From assembly GCA_963729895.1 (NCBI GenBank), contig CAVSQB010000005.1, forward strand, positions 192,001 to 256,000: 64,000 nucleotides of DNA, read 5' to 3'. This document shows positions 49,044-57,586 of the stretch, piece after piece. The stretch is from an uncultured Fibrobacterota bacterium. GTDB lineage: Bacteria > Fibrobacterota > Chitinivibrionia > Chitinivibrionales > FEN-1185. The notes beneath the pieces were generated by a model. It searched no databases and was not told the DNA's origin. It saw only the letters and a program-made list of their open reading frames with translations. Made by a program: the position numbers and the translations under genes. The first letter of the stretch is position 1; each line of letters starts with the position of its first letter.

Positions 49044-50897
49044 CTACTCCCCGATAAATCGCGCTGCCCAGCTTCGCACCACTTTACCGTTGAGCACGTG
49101 GAATCTCCGCAGCCTGCGAATGGTTTCCGTGCTGAACGTGGAAATCGGCACCCATAGCAGCCGCTTTTTGAACGAGCGGGCGAGCACGGCAAGACGCACG
49201 CCCGGCTTTCTTGCCGAAACGAACGGGACCGCAGTTTCCCGGGAAAAGAGAAGGGCCCCGTAGACAAGGCGTTCCGCACGGGTCATGATGTCGGGCAGGT
49301 TAGACAGCGAAAATACGTCGGGCACGATCCGCGGGGGGAAGAGCAGCGACAGACCGCCGTAGTACGAGCGCGCAATGCCGGGCCCAACCAGGTCGGCAAG
49401 CGGGTCGGTGGCGTAAAACGTAAGCGTGGACTCCTCGCCGTGCTCCGCGTACCAGGTAGCGCAATGTGGATATTTCCCATCGTGGTCCCCGTCGAAAATG
49501 ATGACCACCGTGTCAACCTTTCCGCGTAACGGCGGCACTTCCTTTACGTAAATGTCATGTGTGAACCAGTTTCGCATGGTTTCTCTGATATCAATACCGT
49601 CCTTCACCGACACGGTGAATTTTTCCGACTGCGCCCTGTCTTCGGAAAGAATTTTCACGGCTTTTTCGCGCAGGTGCCCATTGAAACGCTCGATGCGGCC
49701 GTCTTCAGGCACGTGTGAGCACGTGCCTGCCGGGCCCCAGGCAAAACGATACTTACGTTTCGCCAGTTTCGAGGGGTCGGGTTTTATGGAAAGCGTCCGC
49801 CAGACCAGTGTGGCGTCCCGGAACAGGTTCACGGCCCGGCGCGCCGGGGCCTCGCCGGAAAGTTGTATTTTGTCAAGGCCGACCGACAGAAGGTGGCCTC
49901 CGCGCTCAAAGGGCAGGTATGGGTAATATTTCGCGTTTCCAAGAATCTGCAGCGCGTAGGAATTGCCGCCGACGCCCTTGGCCGCGGCCACGATATCCAC
50001 GAGGGCGGGTACAAACCTTGCGTCCGCCACGGTGAGGTTACGCAAGAACGTCAACGCCCGCTGGATGCGGGCCGGGGAAAGCGGTTCCGCGTTCGATCGA
50101 TTGTCCGCGCACTCGTCGCGTGTCTCGGTAAAAAGGTCTTTGAAGGTTTCAACCACGTCGATGCGCGGCGAAAACGGGTCGTACCGTTCGCGTTCGAACT
50201 TGCCGGTCACAAACGGCAATTCCCCGAGGGCGAAATACAGGTGGTCCGGGTTGACAAATTCCCTGGTAATGCTGTAGTCTGGCGGCTTGTCAAAAGACAG
50301 GTTGCAGGTTCGCTCCCGCCCTAAGTGGAATACCGTACGGGCAAAGATGCCGAAATGCACAAGGCCGAGTATGTTCTTATGTTCAGGCGCAAGCCCCAGG
50401 AGTCTGTGGGCCGTAAACTGTGCGCACAATTCGTGATGCTGGGTCAAGAGGCCGTCCGTAACCGGATCGCCGCTCTCATCGGGCGCGGACGCGGCTTCGA
50501 TAACGCGGAGGCACATCGAGGCATAGGAGTCGAACCCCAGCTTGCCCATGGCGAATTCGTCGGGCGTTGCCGGCACGGTGCGGGGAGCGCAGAGGACCGG
50601 AGAACCAATACAGAAGCACGGTACGTGGTTCTGGCGGCTCTGCCGTATCCCCTCAATGGATGCGTCGCAGGGATCCGCAGGTACATAATATGCAGGACCT
50701 CTAGTATCAAACGCGACAACTGCAGAAATGTGGGGAAGGTCGTGTACCGCGTCGAATAGCTGTTCTTGAAGGCAGCAGGGGAGGTCAACCGCGATGCAAT
50801 CGAACTTGGTCTTGAGGCACAGGTCGCGTACGTGTTGCGCAAACGTGAGTTTCCCGTGCAGGTAGGGCACCAGCGTTACGGAGTCTGCCGGTTTCAT
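49044..50897 (-). CDS. Uncharacterised 617-aa protein, partner of the AAA+ ATPase
   Basis: Long ORF 9 nt downstream of the AAA gene; globular composition. Confidence 0.8.
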   Translation of the reverse strand: MKPADSVTLVPYLHGKLTFAQHVRDLCLKTKFDCIAVDLPCCLQEQLFDAVHDLPHISAVVAFDTRGPAYYVPADPCDASIEGIRQSRQNHVPCFCIGSPVLCAPRTVPATPDEFAMGKLGFDSYASMCLRVIEAASAPDESGDPVTDGLLTQHHELCAQFTAHRLLGLAPEHKNILGLVHFGIFARTVFHLGRERTCNLSFDKPPDYSITREFVNPDHLYFALGELPFVTGKFERERYDPFSPRIDVVETFKDLFTETRDECADNRSNAEPLSPARIQRALTFLRNLTVADARFVPALVDIVAAAKGVGGNSYALQILGNAKYYPYLPFERGGHLLSVGLDKIQLSGEAPARRAVNLFRDATLVWRTLSIKPDPSKLAKRKYRFAWGPAGTCSHVPEDGRIERFNGHLREKAVKILSEDRAQSEKFTVSVKDGIDIRETMRNWFTHDIYVKEVPPLRGKVDTVVIIFDGDHDGKYPHCATWYAEHGEESTLTFYATDPLADLVGPGIARSYYGGLSLLFPPRIVPDVFSLSNLPDIMTRAERLVYGALLFSRETAVPFVSARKPGVRLAVLARSFKKRLLWVPISTFSTETIRRLRRFHVLNGKVVRSWAARFIGE

Positions 50898-50906
50898 GGC
50901 GGTCCC

Positions 50907-51833
50907 TCAGGCGTCTTTTGGGTCCGGGTTCAACTGGTCGTCGTCGGGAAAAAAGTAGTCTCCAAGGCCCATGGCGGGCAGGTGTTCTCCGGACAGCTTG
51001 CGCTTGGCGGCAAGAGCGTCGAGGTCGAGCGCTTCGCTGCCCAGGATCTGGGCGAGCGAGTCCTCAAACAGGCGGCCGGCGTCGGCAGAGGGGTCGGCCT
51101 GGTTCTTCTTGAGCGTATACCGGATCGCGTTGATGCCGTCACGCACCGAATAGGGAAGCTCGAAACCATGCGCCCGCTGAAGGAAATTGACGCAAATATC
51201 AAGCACGTCACCGGGGCAGAACGGCAGGTTATAGGATAGGATGGCGCGTTCGTCCTCTCGGCACGGGAACCCGATCTCAACGCCCGGCTGCAGCCTTGAC
51301 ATTATATAGTCCGGAATTTCGAAGGTGGAGGAATCCTCGTTCATGGTGACCACGGCCCGGAACTCTTTGTGCGCCTTCACGACGATGCCGGCTATTACCG
51401 ATTCCGCCGTTCTTCTGTTGTCAAAGAGACCGGCCAGCGAGGCCCACGATTTTTCCGACATCCGGTTGCCCTCGTCGAGTACCGCGATGCCGCCTTCGAT
51501 GGCCGCGGAAAGCAGGGGACTGGCATGATACGCGAGCTTTCCGTTGCCCGAAAGCACGGGAGTAATCAACAGATCTTCGGGCCGCGTGTCTGCGGTGCAT
51601 TGCATCACGTACACATCCTGGCCGCGCTTCCGGCCTGCCGTGATTGCAAGGGTGGTTTTGCCGATGCCCGGCACGCCGATGAGCCGCGGCACGAGCGGCA
51701 GGTCCTCGGGCGCCACGGTCATCCAGCACGCAAGGAGCTGGCGAAGAGGTTCCAGCTGACCGATCCACTCGGCCATGACCTCAACCGGGTGCGACAGGAA
51801 GACTTCCACATTGTCAATTAAGACGGACTTCAT
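50907..51833 (-). CDS. MoxR-like / AAA_5 ATPase
   Basis: Walker A GVPGIGKT, Walker B VLDEGNR, TMN sensor, SRL Arg finger, SVRD. Confidence 0.9.
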   Translation of the reverse strand: MKSVLIDNVEVFLSHPVEVMAEWIGQLEPLRQLLACWMTVAPEDLPLVPRLIGVPGIGKTTLAITAGRKRGQDVYVMQCTADTRPEDLLITPVLSGNGKLAYHASPLLSAAIEGGIAVLDEGNRMSEKSWASLAGLFDNRRTAESVIAGIVVKAHKEFRAVVTMNEDSSTFEIPDYIMSRLQPGVEIGFPCREDERAILSYNLPFCPGDVLDICVNFLQRAHGFELPYSVRDGINAIRYTLKKNQADPSADAGRLFEDSLAQILGSEALDLDALAAKRKLSGEHLPAMGLGDYFFPDDDQLNPDPKDA

Positions 51834-52109
51834 ATCATTTCCGGTTTCCGTTGAGCGCGCCCGATTTCCGGATCTGTTGGACGGAGGCCTTCCTGTTTTG
51901 ATGCGGACAAAGGATGTTTCATCATGCTCACGGAGAGATTAAGAGAGAGCAACGTTTCAGCCGTCCTAACGCCCGGCCGGTTGAAAATATACCTCATGAA
52001 GGAGGGAAAATCCATGGATAGAGGAATGGCATCGGGAAGGATGAGCTGCACGCGTTGGCATGCGGGTTGGGCTTCGGACCCAAGGTCCATCCCACTGAGC
52101 GGCGCATCT

Positions 52110-52820
52110 TCACGTACGACTCACAAGCTCGTCGAAACTAGCCGCTAGCTGGGGGCCCCGCGCTGCCTCGTCATCCTCGTGTTTGAAAAATACGAAAGCT
52201 TTCTTCCATTCCTGAGCGAGCACTTTCCTGGCCCATTGCGAGAGCTCGGTCTCCGTGTAATCCGACTTGCGCAGACGAAGATAACCCCACGGAGCGGTAC
52301 TGATGATTTCCTCAATCGGTTCCTCATCCGTGTCCTCCAAGCCAAGGCAGAATTTCCCCTTGCGGAGTAAGTCGTAGGTCGCGTCGTGAAACCAAGACTT
52401 GTTCCTGAAAAGGAATGCACAGGGAGTTTTCGGGGGTATAAGCCCCAGAAAATCCTCCAGCAGCACAAGGTTCTCCCGAAAACTACCCGGGAACTGGAAA
52501 AGGACCGAACCAAGCTTGCGTCCCAGGGTAGAGATCGTCTTGAGAAAATAACGCGTTTCTTCCTTCACGTCTTTTAGGCGCTTCACATGCGTAATGATCT
52601 GGGGAGCTTTGATGACAAACGTGAACCCGGCCGGGACCTGCTGCGCCCAGGACAGAACGACATGAGCAGTGGGCATGCGATAAAAAGTGTTGTTTATTTC
52701 CACTGTCGAAAGCCGGCCGGAATAAAAAGAAAGCATTTTGTCCGCGGACATCTTTTCGGGATAGAAAGTACCTTTCCATTCTTTGTAGCCGTAACCGCTT
52801 GTACCTGTCAGAATCTTCAT
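52110..52820 (-). CDS. DUF72 (YecE-like) protein
   Basis: GTSGYGYKEWKGTFYP, TVEINNTFY, ITHVKRL, FFKHE. Confidence 0.93.
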   Translation of the reverse strand: MKILTGTSGYGYKEWKGTFYPEKMSADKMLSFYSGRLSTVEINNTFYRMPTAHVVLSWAQQVPAGFTFVIKAPQIITHVKRLKDVKEETRYFLKTISTLGRKLGSVLFQFPGSFRENLVLLEDFLGLIPPKTPCAFLFRNKSWFHDATYDLLRKGKFCLGLEDTDEEPIEEIISTAPWGYLRLRKSDYTETELSQWARKVLAQEWKKAFVFFKHEDDEAARGPQLAASFDELVSRT

Positions 52821-52834
52821 TTCTTCCCTCCTTT

Positions 52835-54400
52835 TCAAGGGGCAATGGAATTTCGATGCAAAGAGAAGATAGCTTCGTGAGGGTTCTTATCCTCTCTGAA
52901 CCGTAAGAAACGTGGTTGGCGCATCACCGTTTCCTTGGTCCAGCCTGCAAAAGCAACTTCGCAGACCAAGAGTGGTTTTGTCCAAATGGTGGTTTGGGTG
53001 CCATCCGGCGGCCCCATTGCAAACGGACATGTTTCCCGTGCCAGGGGTAAAAGTCTTTCGTACATTGTCTTGAGAGTCTTAGTGCTGAAACCCCCGCCCG
53101 AATGGCCGATGTAAACAAGATTGCCTTTGTCGTATGCGCCGAGAACAAGGCTGCCAAGATATTTTCTTGCTCCGCGGGGCTCGGTAAATCCGGCTATGAT
53201 GCAGTCCTGGGTGATGCGGTTCTTTATTTTTAGCCATTGCCTGCTCCTGGCTCCGGGCTTGTACGTGCTCAAGGAATGTTTTGCCATGATGCCTTCGATG
53301 CCTTTTTGCTTCGCAGCATTGAAAAAGGATTCGCCGTCTTTCCAAATGTGTTCGGAATATCGTATGTGTTCGCTATGGGGAAGTATTGTCTTCAAGAGAT
53401 CCTTTCTCCGTATGAGCGGCAGTCCGGTCAGGTCGCGGCCCTGATGAAACAAAATGTCAAAGACATAATAAATCAAATGGCCGCCGGCCGACTTAGGGAA
53501 ATCCTGGAGCTTTTGGAAGTCGGGAATTCCCTTGTTGTTCGCAATTACTATTTCGCCGTCCAGCACCGCTCTTACTCCGAGCTTTTGCAGGGAGGCGACA
53601 AGAGGAGAAAATTTCTTCATGAGCGGAATTTGGTTGCGGGAATAGAGCGCAACGCGGTCGTTATCAAGTTCGGCAATCGCCCGGTAGCCGTCCCACTTGA
53701 TTTCAAATATCCAGTCCTTGTGATTGAATGGCCTTCCTACCGCACCAGCCAGCATTGGCCGTATTTTGTGCGGCATGGGTCTCGTCGGCGCGATGATGTT
53801 CGGGTTTACAGGCCTTTGGGGGTCTTCACCGGAAAGTTCATCGACGGTTTTGTTGGAAGCAACCGAGCGGTTCTGCTCAAGGATGTCGGCGGCGGATGCG
53901 TACCGGTCCTTTTTCTTCAGTAAGAGCCACGATTTGTCGCCCCACCGTGTCTTAACAAGAGCGAACTCGCCTTTGAGCTTGCTTCCTGCAAGCACGAATT
54001 TCAAATCGCCGTGACGCAGGCCTTCCAGAAGCAATCGTTCCCCCTTCTTTCTTTCTTGTGAAAAAGGCGAGCCGTAAAAACCTTTGTCCCAGATTATCAT
54101 GGCGCCCGCGCCGTAATTGCCCTTTGGGATGCTTCCCTCAAAATCTTTGTACTCAAATGGATGGTCCTCGACGTGAACTGCCAGTCTTTTTACCGATGGG
54201 TCAAGAGAAGGGCCTTTGGGCACGGCGAAACTCTTAAGCACACCCTCCATTTCAAGCCTCAAGTCATAGTGGAGCCTGCGCGCGGCGTGCTTGTGCACCA
54301 CAAAAACAAGGTACTGTCCCTTGTTCTTCCGCCGAGAGGCAAGTCCTGGTTCGGATGTCTTTCTTAATTCACGTTTTTGCCGGTATTCTCCTAAGCCCAT
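52835..54400 (-). CDS. ligD: NHEJ DNA ligase D, phosphoesterase plus ATP-dependent ligase domains
   Basis: FVVHKHAARRLHYDLRLE, EIKWDGYR, LDGEI, EGIMAK, RFREDK. Confidence 0.93.
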   Translation of the reverse strand: MGLGEYRQKRELRKTSEPGLASRRKNKGQYLVFVVHKHAARRLHYDLRLEMEGVLKSFAVPKGPSLDPSVKRLAVHVEDHPFEYKDFEGSIPKGNYGAGAMIIWDKGFYGSPFSQERKKGERLLLEGLRHGDLKFVLAGSKLKGEFALVKTRWGDKSWLLLKKKDRYASAADILEQNRSVASNKTVDELSGEDPQRPVNPNIIAPTRPMPHKIRPMLAGAVGRPFNHKDWIFEIKWDGYRAIAELDNDRVALYSRNQIPLMKKFSPLVASLQKLGVRAVLDGEIVIANNKGIPDFQKLQDFPKSAGGHLIYYVFDILFHQGRDLTGLPLIRRKDLLKTILPHSEHIRYSEHIWKDGESFFNAAKQKGIEGIMAKHSLSTYKPGARSRQWLKIKNRITQDCIIAGFTEPRGARKYLGSLVLGAYDKGNLVYIGHSGGGFSTKTLKTMYERLLPLARETCPFAMGPPDGTQTTIWTKPLLVCEVAFAGWTKETVMRQPRFLRFREDKNPHEAIFSLHRNSIAP

Positions 54401-55299
54401 GGATGCGGCAACCTCTGTCTTATTTCCAACATCTCCCGGTAGAAATCTCCTTTTCTTCCGGCCATCACGGCGGCTTCAGGAGCAAGGACCTGGAATTTCC
54501 CGGGGTCCTTCTGCTGCGCCGATTTCTCAAGATCTTTCCATGAAAAAGGGAACGAGACGGCAGGTTCTTTCGTGGCGCGTAAAGAATAAACGCAGACCAT
54601 TGTCTTGGAAGCATCGTTCTGCGACCAGTTGATAAAGACTTTGCCTTTGCGGTATTCTTTGTTCATTCTTGCCGTGACAAGGTCCGGGTAGTTCTTCTGC
54701 ATAATCGCGGTCACCGCCTTGGAAAAACTTTTAGTGCCCCTGAAGTTTGTCTTTTTGGGGTCAAGGGGTGCAAATACGTGAAGGCCCTTTTTTCCCGAGG
54801 TCTTTGCAAAACTTTCAAGCTTTAGGCCGGATAACAGATCCTTCAGTATGAGCGCCACGCTGGCGCAATCAAGGACGTCGGCGCCGTCGCCGGGGTCCAA
54901 GTCAAAGACCACCGAGTCGGGGTTATCAGGTGCATCGGCCTTTGCCATGGGCACATGGAGCTCGATTGACGCAAGGTTGCCAAGCCATATAAGGGTTTCC
55001 AAATTATTGGCCATGCAGTAGGTTATCTTATTTCTTTCTCCGTAGGAAACTTTGGCTGTTTTCAGCCAGGCGGGACGGCTTTTGGGACAGCGCTTCTCAA
55101 AAAAAGAAACCTGGTCAACGCCCTGGGGACAGCGCTTCAAGGTCAGGGCACGGCCCTTAAGAAACGGGAGCATGAACCGGGCGACAATGCCGTAATACTC
55201 GAGTATCCTCGTTTTCGTGAAGCCATAGAAAGGATAAAGATCTTTGTCAAGGTTCGACAACGACAATTCACGGCTGTTGATTGTTACCGTTTTGTTCAT
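54391..55299 (-). CDS. Stand-alone LigD polymerase domain (AEP PolDom)
   Basis: LSNLDK-LYP, FFEKRCP, FDLDPG, KTSGKKGLH, INWSQN, YSLRA. Confidence 0.9.
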   Translation of the reverse strand: MNKTVTINSRELSLSNLDKDLYPFYGFTKTRILEYYGIVARFMLPFLKGRALTLKRCPQGVDQVSFFEKRCPKSRPAWLKTAKVSYGERNKITYCMANNLETLIWLGNLASIELHVPMAKADAPDNPDSVVFDLDPGDGADVLDCASVALILKDLLSGLKLESFAKTSGKKGLHVFAPLDPKKTNFRGTKSFSKAVTAIMQKNYPDLVTARMNKEYRKGKVFINWSQNDASKTMVCVYSLRATKEPAVSFPFSWKDLEKSAQQKDPGKFQVLAPEAAVMAGRKGDFYREMLEIRQRLPHPWA

Positions 55300-56150
55300 C
55301 TGCTCTTGTTCACCTTGTGCATGCTTTTTTCCAGGGCAGTCATCAGGTCCGCCATGCCTTCTGTTTCTTCTTCCTCCACCTCTGGTGCTTCGACCTCAGC
55401 CCTCTTCTTTACCTTTTTGTTTATCATATCCAAGAGTCTTTTCCTTCGGTCGTTTGAGTATCTTTCCGGAGCAAAGTCGGACATCATTCCCTTTATCCTT
55501 TTTTTGATAATGTTCTCTTCATCATCCGTTGCTTTGTCGGTTGCCGGCACCATAGCGTCGCCGGATAGTATTTCATCGCTGTAGTGAAGTGTGCTTGCGG
55601 CCAGTGCGCCGTCTCTGCTCATGATCAAGACGACATATTCACGGTCGTCAAGCACAAATTTGGCTAAACCCGCCTTCTTTGTCCTTTGCATCGACTCGGC
55701 AAGCAAACGGTAAGATTTTTCCCCGCCTTTGAGGGGGACAAGGAAATACGGGTGGTCGTAATAGATGGGGTCAACTTCTTTTATGTCGATGAATTCCGCT
55801 ATCTCGATGGTCCGGCTCCTGTCGGGTGAAACGGATTCCAGTTCCTTGTCTGTCACCACAACATGTTTGCCGGGTTCTATTTCAAAGCCCCTGATGATCT
55901 CTTCGGAAGGAACTATTTTTTCCTCTTCAGGGCAAAACATTGTGCGTTCAAGTGGTGAGTAATCCCTGGTATGAAGCAGATGAAATGAAACGCGTCCGGG
56001 TTCCACTGCTTTTACCAGGCGGACAGGAATGGCCACAAGGCTGAAGCTTACGGTTCCACTCCAAATACCCTGCGAGGAGATTTCTCGATCAGGGGATTGG
56101 TCTTTTTCCCCTTTGTATCCTGCGGATCTTGCCTTGCCTGAGTTCTTCAT
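55296..56150 (-). CDS. ku: NHEJ Ku protein (copy 2)
   Basis: IWSGTVSFSLVAIPV, IDIKEVDPIYYDHPYFL, DLMTALEKS. Confidence 0.93.
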   Translation of the reverse strand: MKNSGKARSAGYKGEKDQSPDREISSQGIWSGTVSFSLVAIPVRLVKAVEPGRVSFHLLHTRDYSPLERTMFCPEEEKIVPSEEIIRGFEIEPGKHVVVTDKELESVSPDRSRTIEIAEFIDIKEVDPIYYDHPYFLVPLKGGEKSYRLLAESMQRTKKAGLAKFVLDDREYVVLIMSRDGALAASTLHYSDEILSGDAMVPATDKATDDEENIIKKRIKGMMSDFAPERYSNDRRKRLLDMINKKVKKRAEVEAPEVEEEETEGMADLMTALEKSMHKVNKSR

Positions 56151-56917
56151 TACGCGGCCTTCTTCAGGCTTTTTTCGAGCGCCTCGAGAAGCTTGCCGGG
56201 TTTCGTTGGTTTAAGGTGTTGGGGAGTGAAGAGCGCGATTTTCTGACCAAGGGCCTTCTTCTTTATCATCTCCCTTAGCTTCTTCTGGTGCTCGTTAACA
56301 TATTTCTCCGGCTTAAAGGTGACCGTAAGCTTGTCTATTAGTTCGCTGCCTATGGCCACTTCTTTTTCAGACAATTCAAATGCCTCAAGGCCAAGAGATT
56401 TTGCCTGTACTATCTCGTCACTATACCTGAGCACATTGAGCCTGAGGATCCTGCCGGCTGACTGTAGGGCACCGAAATATGCGCGCTTTCTCATAACCCA
56501 CGTGCAAACGCCCTGCGCGTCCATATCTTTTAGCGCCGCCGCAAGCGCGTTGTAGCTTCTATTTGAGGAGTCAGGCTCGAGGTAATAAACGTGTTCGACG
56601 AAGACGGGGTCGATCACGCCGGTCTTCACAAATTCATGGACGTCGATGATCCTGCTGGATTCAGGTTCTGCTTGCTCTAATTCATCCGGGTCAATGAGAA
56701 TGTATTTCCTTTCATCCACCTGAAACCCTTTTGTCTGCTCTTCGGCAGGCACAGGAGCCTTGTCAAATTTGCATATCATCTGCTGCCTGAGTCTTGCCCG
56801 GTCCGTTTTGTGCAAAAGGTGAAACTGAACGCGGTTTTGACTGACGGCAGTGTGGAGTTTTACGGGGACATTTACGTCGCTGAATTGAATGTTTCCAATC
56901 CATATTGTTGAAGCCAT
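56150..56917 (-). CDS. ku: NHEJ Ku protein (copy 1, divergent)
   Basis: TIWIGNIQFSDVNVPVKLHTA, IDPVFVEHVYYLEP, LLEALEKSL. Confidence 0.92.
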   Translation of the reverse strand: MASTIWIGNIQFSDVNVPVKLHTAVSQNRVQFHLLHKTDRARLRQQMICKFDKAPVPAEEQTKGFQVDERKYILIDPDELEQAEPESSRIIDVHEFVKTGVIDPVFVEHVYYLEPDSSNRSYNALAAALKDMDAQGVCTWVMRKRAYFGALQSAGRILRLNVLRYSDEIVQAKSLGLEAFELSEKEVAIGSELIDKLTVTFKPEKYVNEHQKKLREMIKKKALGQKIALFTPQHLKPTKPGKLLEALEKSLKKAA

Positions 56918-56943
56918 GCATCCCCCTTTCAACAACTAGGTCA

Positions 56944-56958
56944 GCAAATGACATACCG
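56944..56958 (-). promoter_or_regulatory. Sigma54-like -24/-12 element upstream of the NHEJ operon
   Basis: Minus strand CGGTATGTCATTTGC = GG-N10-GC, just upstream of the RBS. Confidence 0.4.
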
Positions 56959-57091
56959 AATCGGCGCGGGGACACCCAATGACATTAAGGAAGGCAATCG
57001 CAATTCAGCGGATTGATGAACCGCCATGCTTGGTGCGAGGTTCTTCAATTTTAGGAGGGATCGTCTGAAGGTCACCGTAGAAATATTCAGG

Positions 57092-57520
57092 TTACTGTGC
57101 TTTGATCGGCGCTTTACGGAACCGACCCCATGCCACGAACGCGGAAAGCAGGCCGAGCACGAGTGTCGGCGGTATCCCGTACATTTCGCCGCGCGATACA
57201 TGGAAGGCCATCGCCAGTACCATCACCACTGTTAGCCCGAGGCCCGCTAAAGCTGAAAGGCGGGGGAGAATGCGGGTGATGGATGGAAGCAACAGGCCGA
57301 TCGCCCCGAGGAGCTCCGATGTGCCGATGAACCTGACAAGGGCCGCGGGAACCACCTGGGTCCAAGGCATGCCGTGGGCAAGCAAGGCAATGGGCTGGGT
57401 CAATTTCATGAAGCCGGCAAAACCGAATGCCAGAGCCAGCATGATCTGGACGATCCAAAGGGAGACGTGAAGCGCCTTATTCCGGGGACGTGCAAGTGTT
57501 GGCTCGACGTGATTACTCAT
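57092..57520 (-). CDS. DoxX-family membrane protein
   Basis: LWIVQIMLA, AGFMKL, RFIGTSELLGAIGLLLP, FVAWGR. Confidence 0.9.
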   Translation of the reverse strand: MSNHVEPTLARPRNKALHVSLWIVQIMLALAFGFAGFMKLTQPIALLAHGMPWTQVVPAALVRFIGTSELLGAIGLLLPSITRILPRLSALAGLGLTVVMVLAMAFHVSRGEMYGIPPTLVLGLLSAFVAWGRFRKAPIKAQ

Positions 57521-57586
57521 GCGAATCCTCCTTCGGAAAAATCAAGACATGTACATTGATTCAACACTTCAGCTATTCCTATTCCT

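Noticed and set aside
54391..54400. Frameshifted single ligD
   Set aside because: Both parts have natural termini and a typical short stop/start overlap
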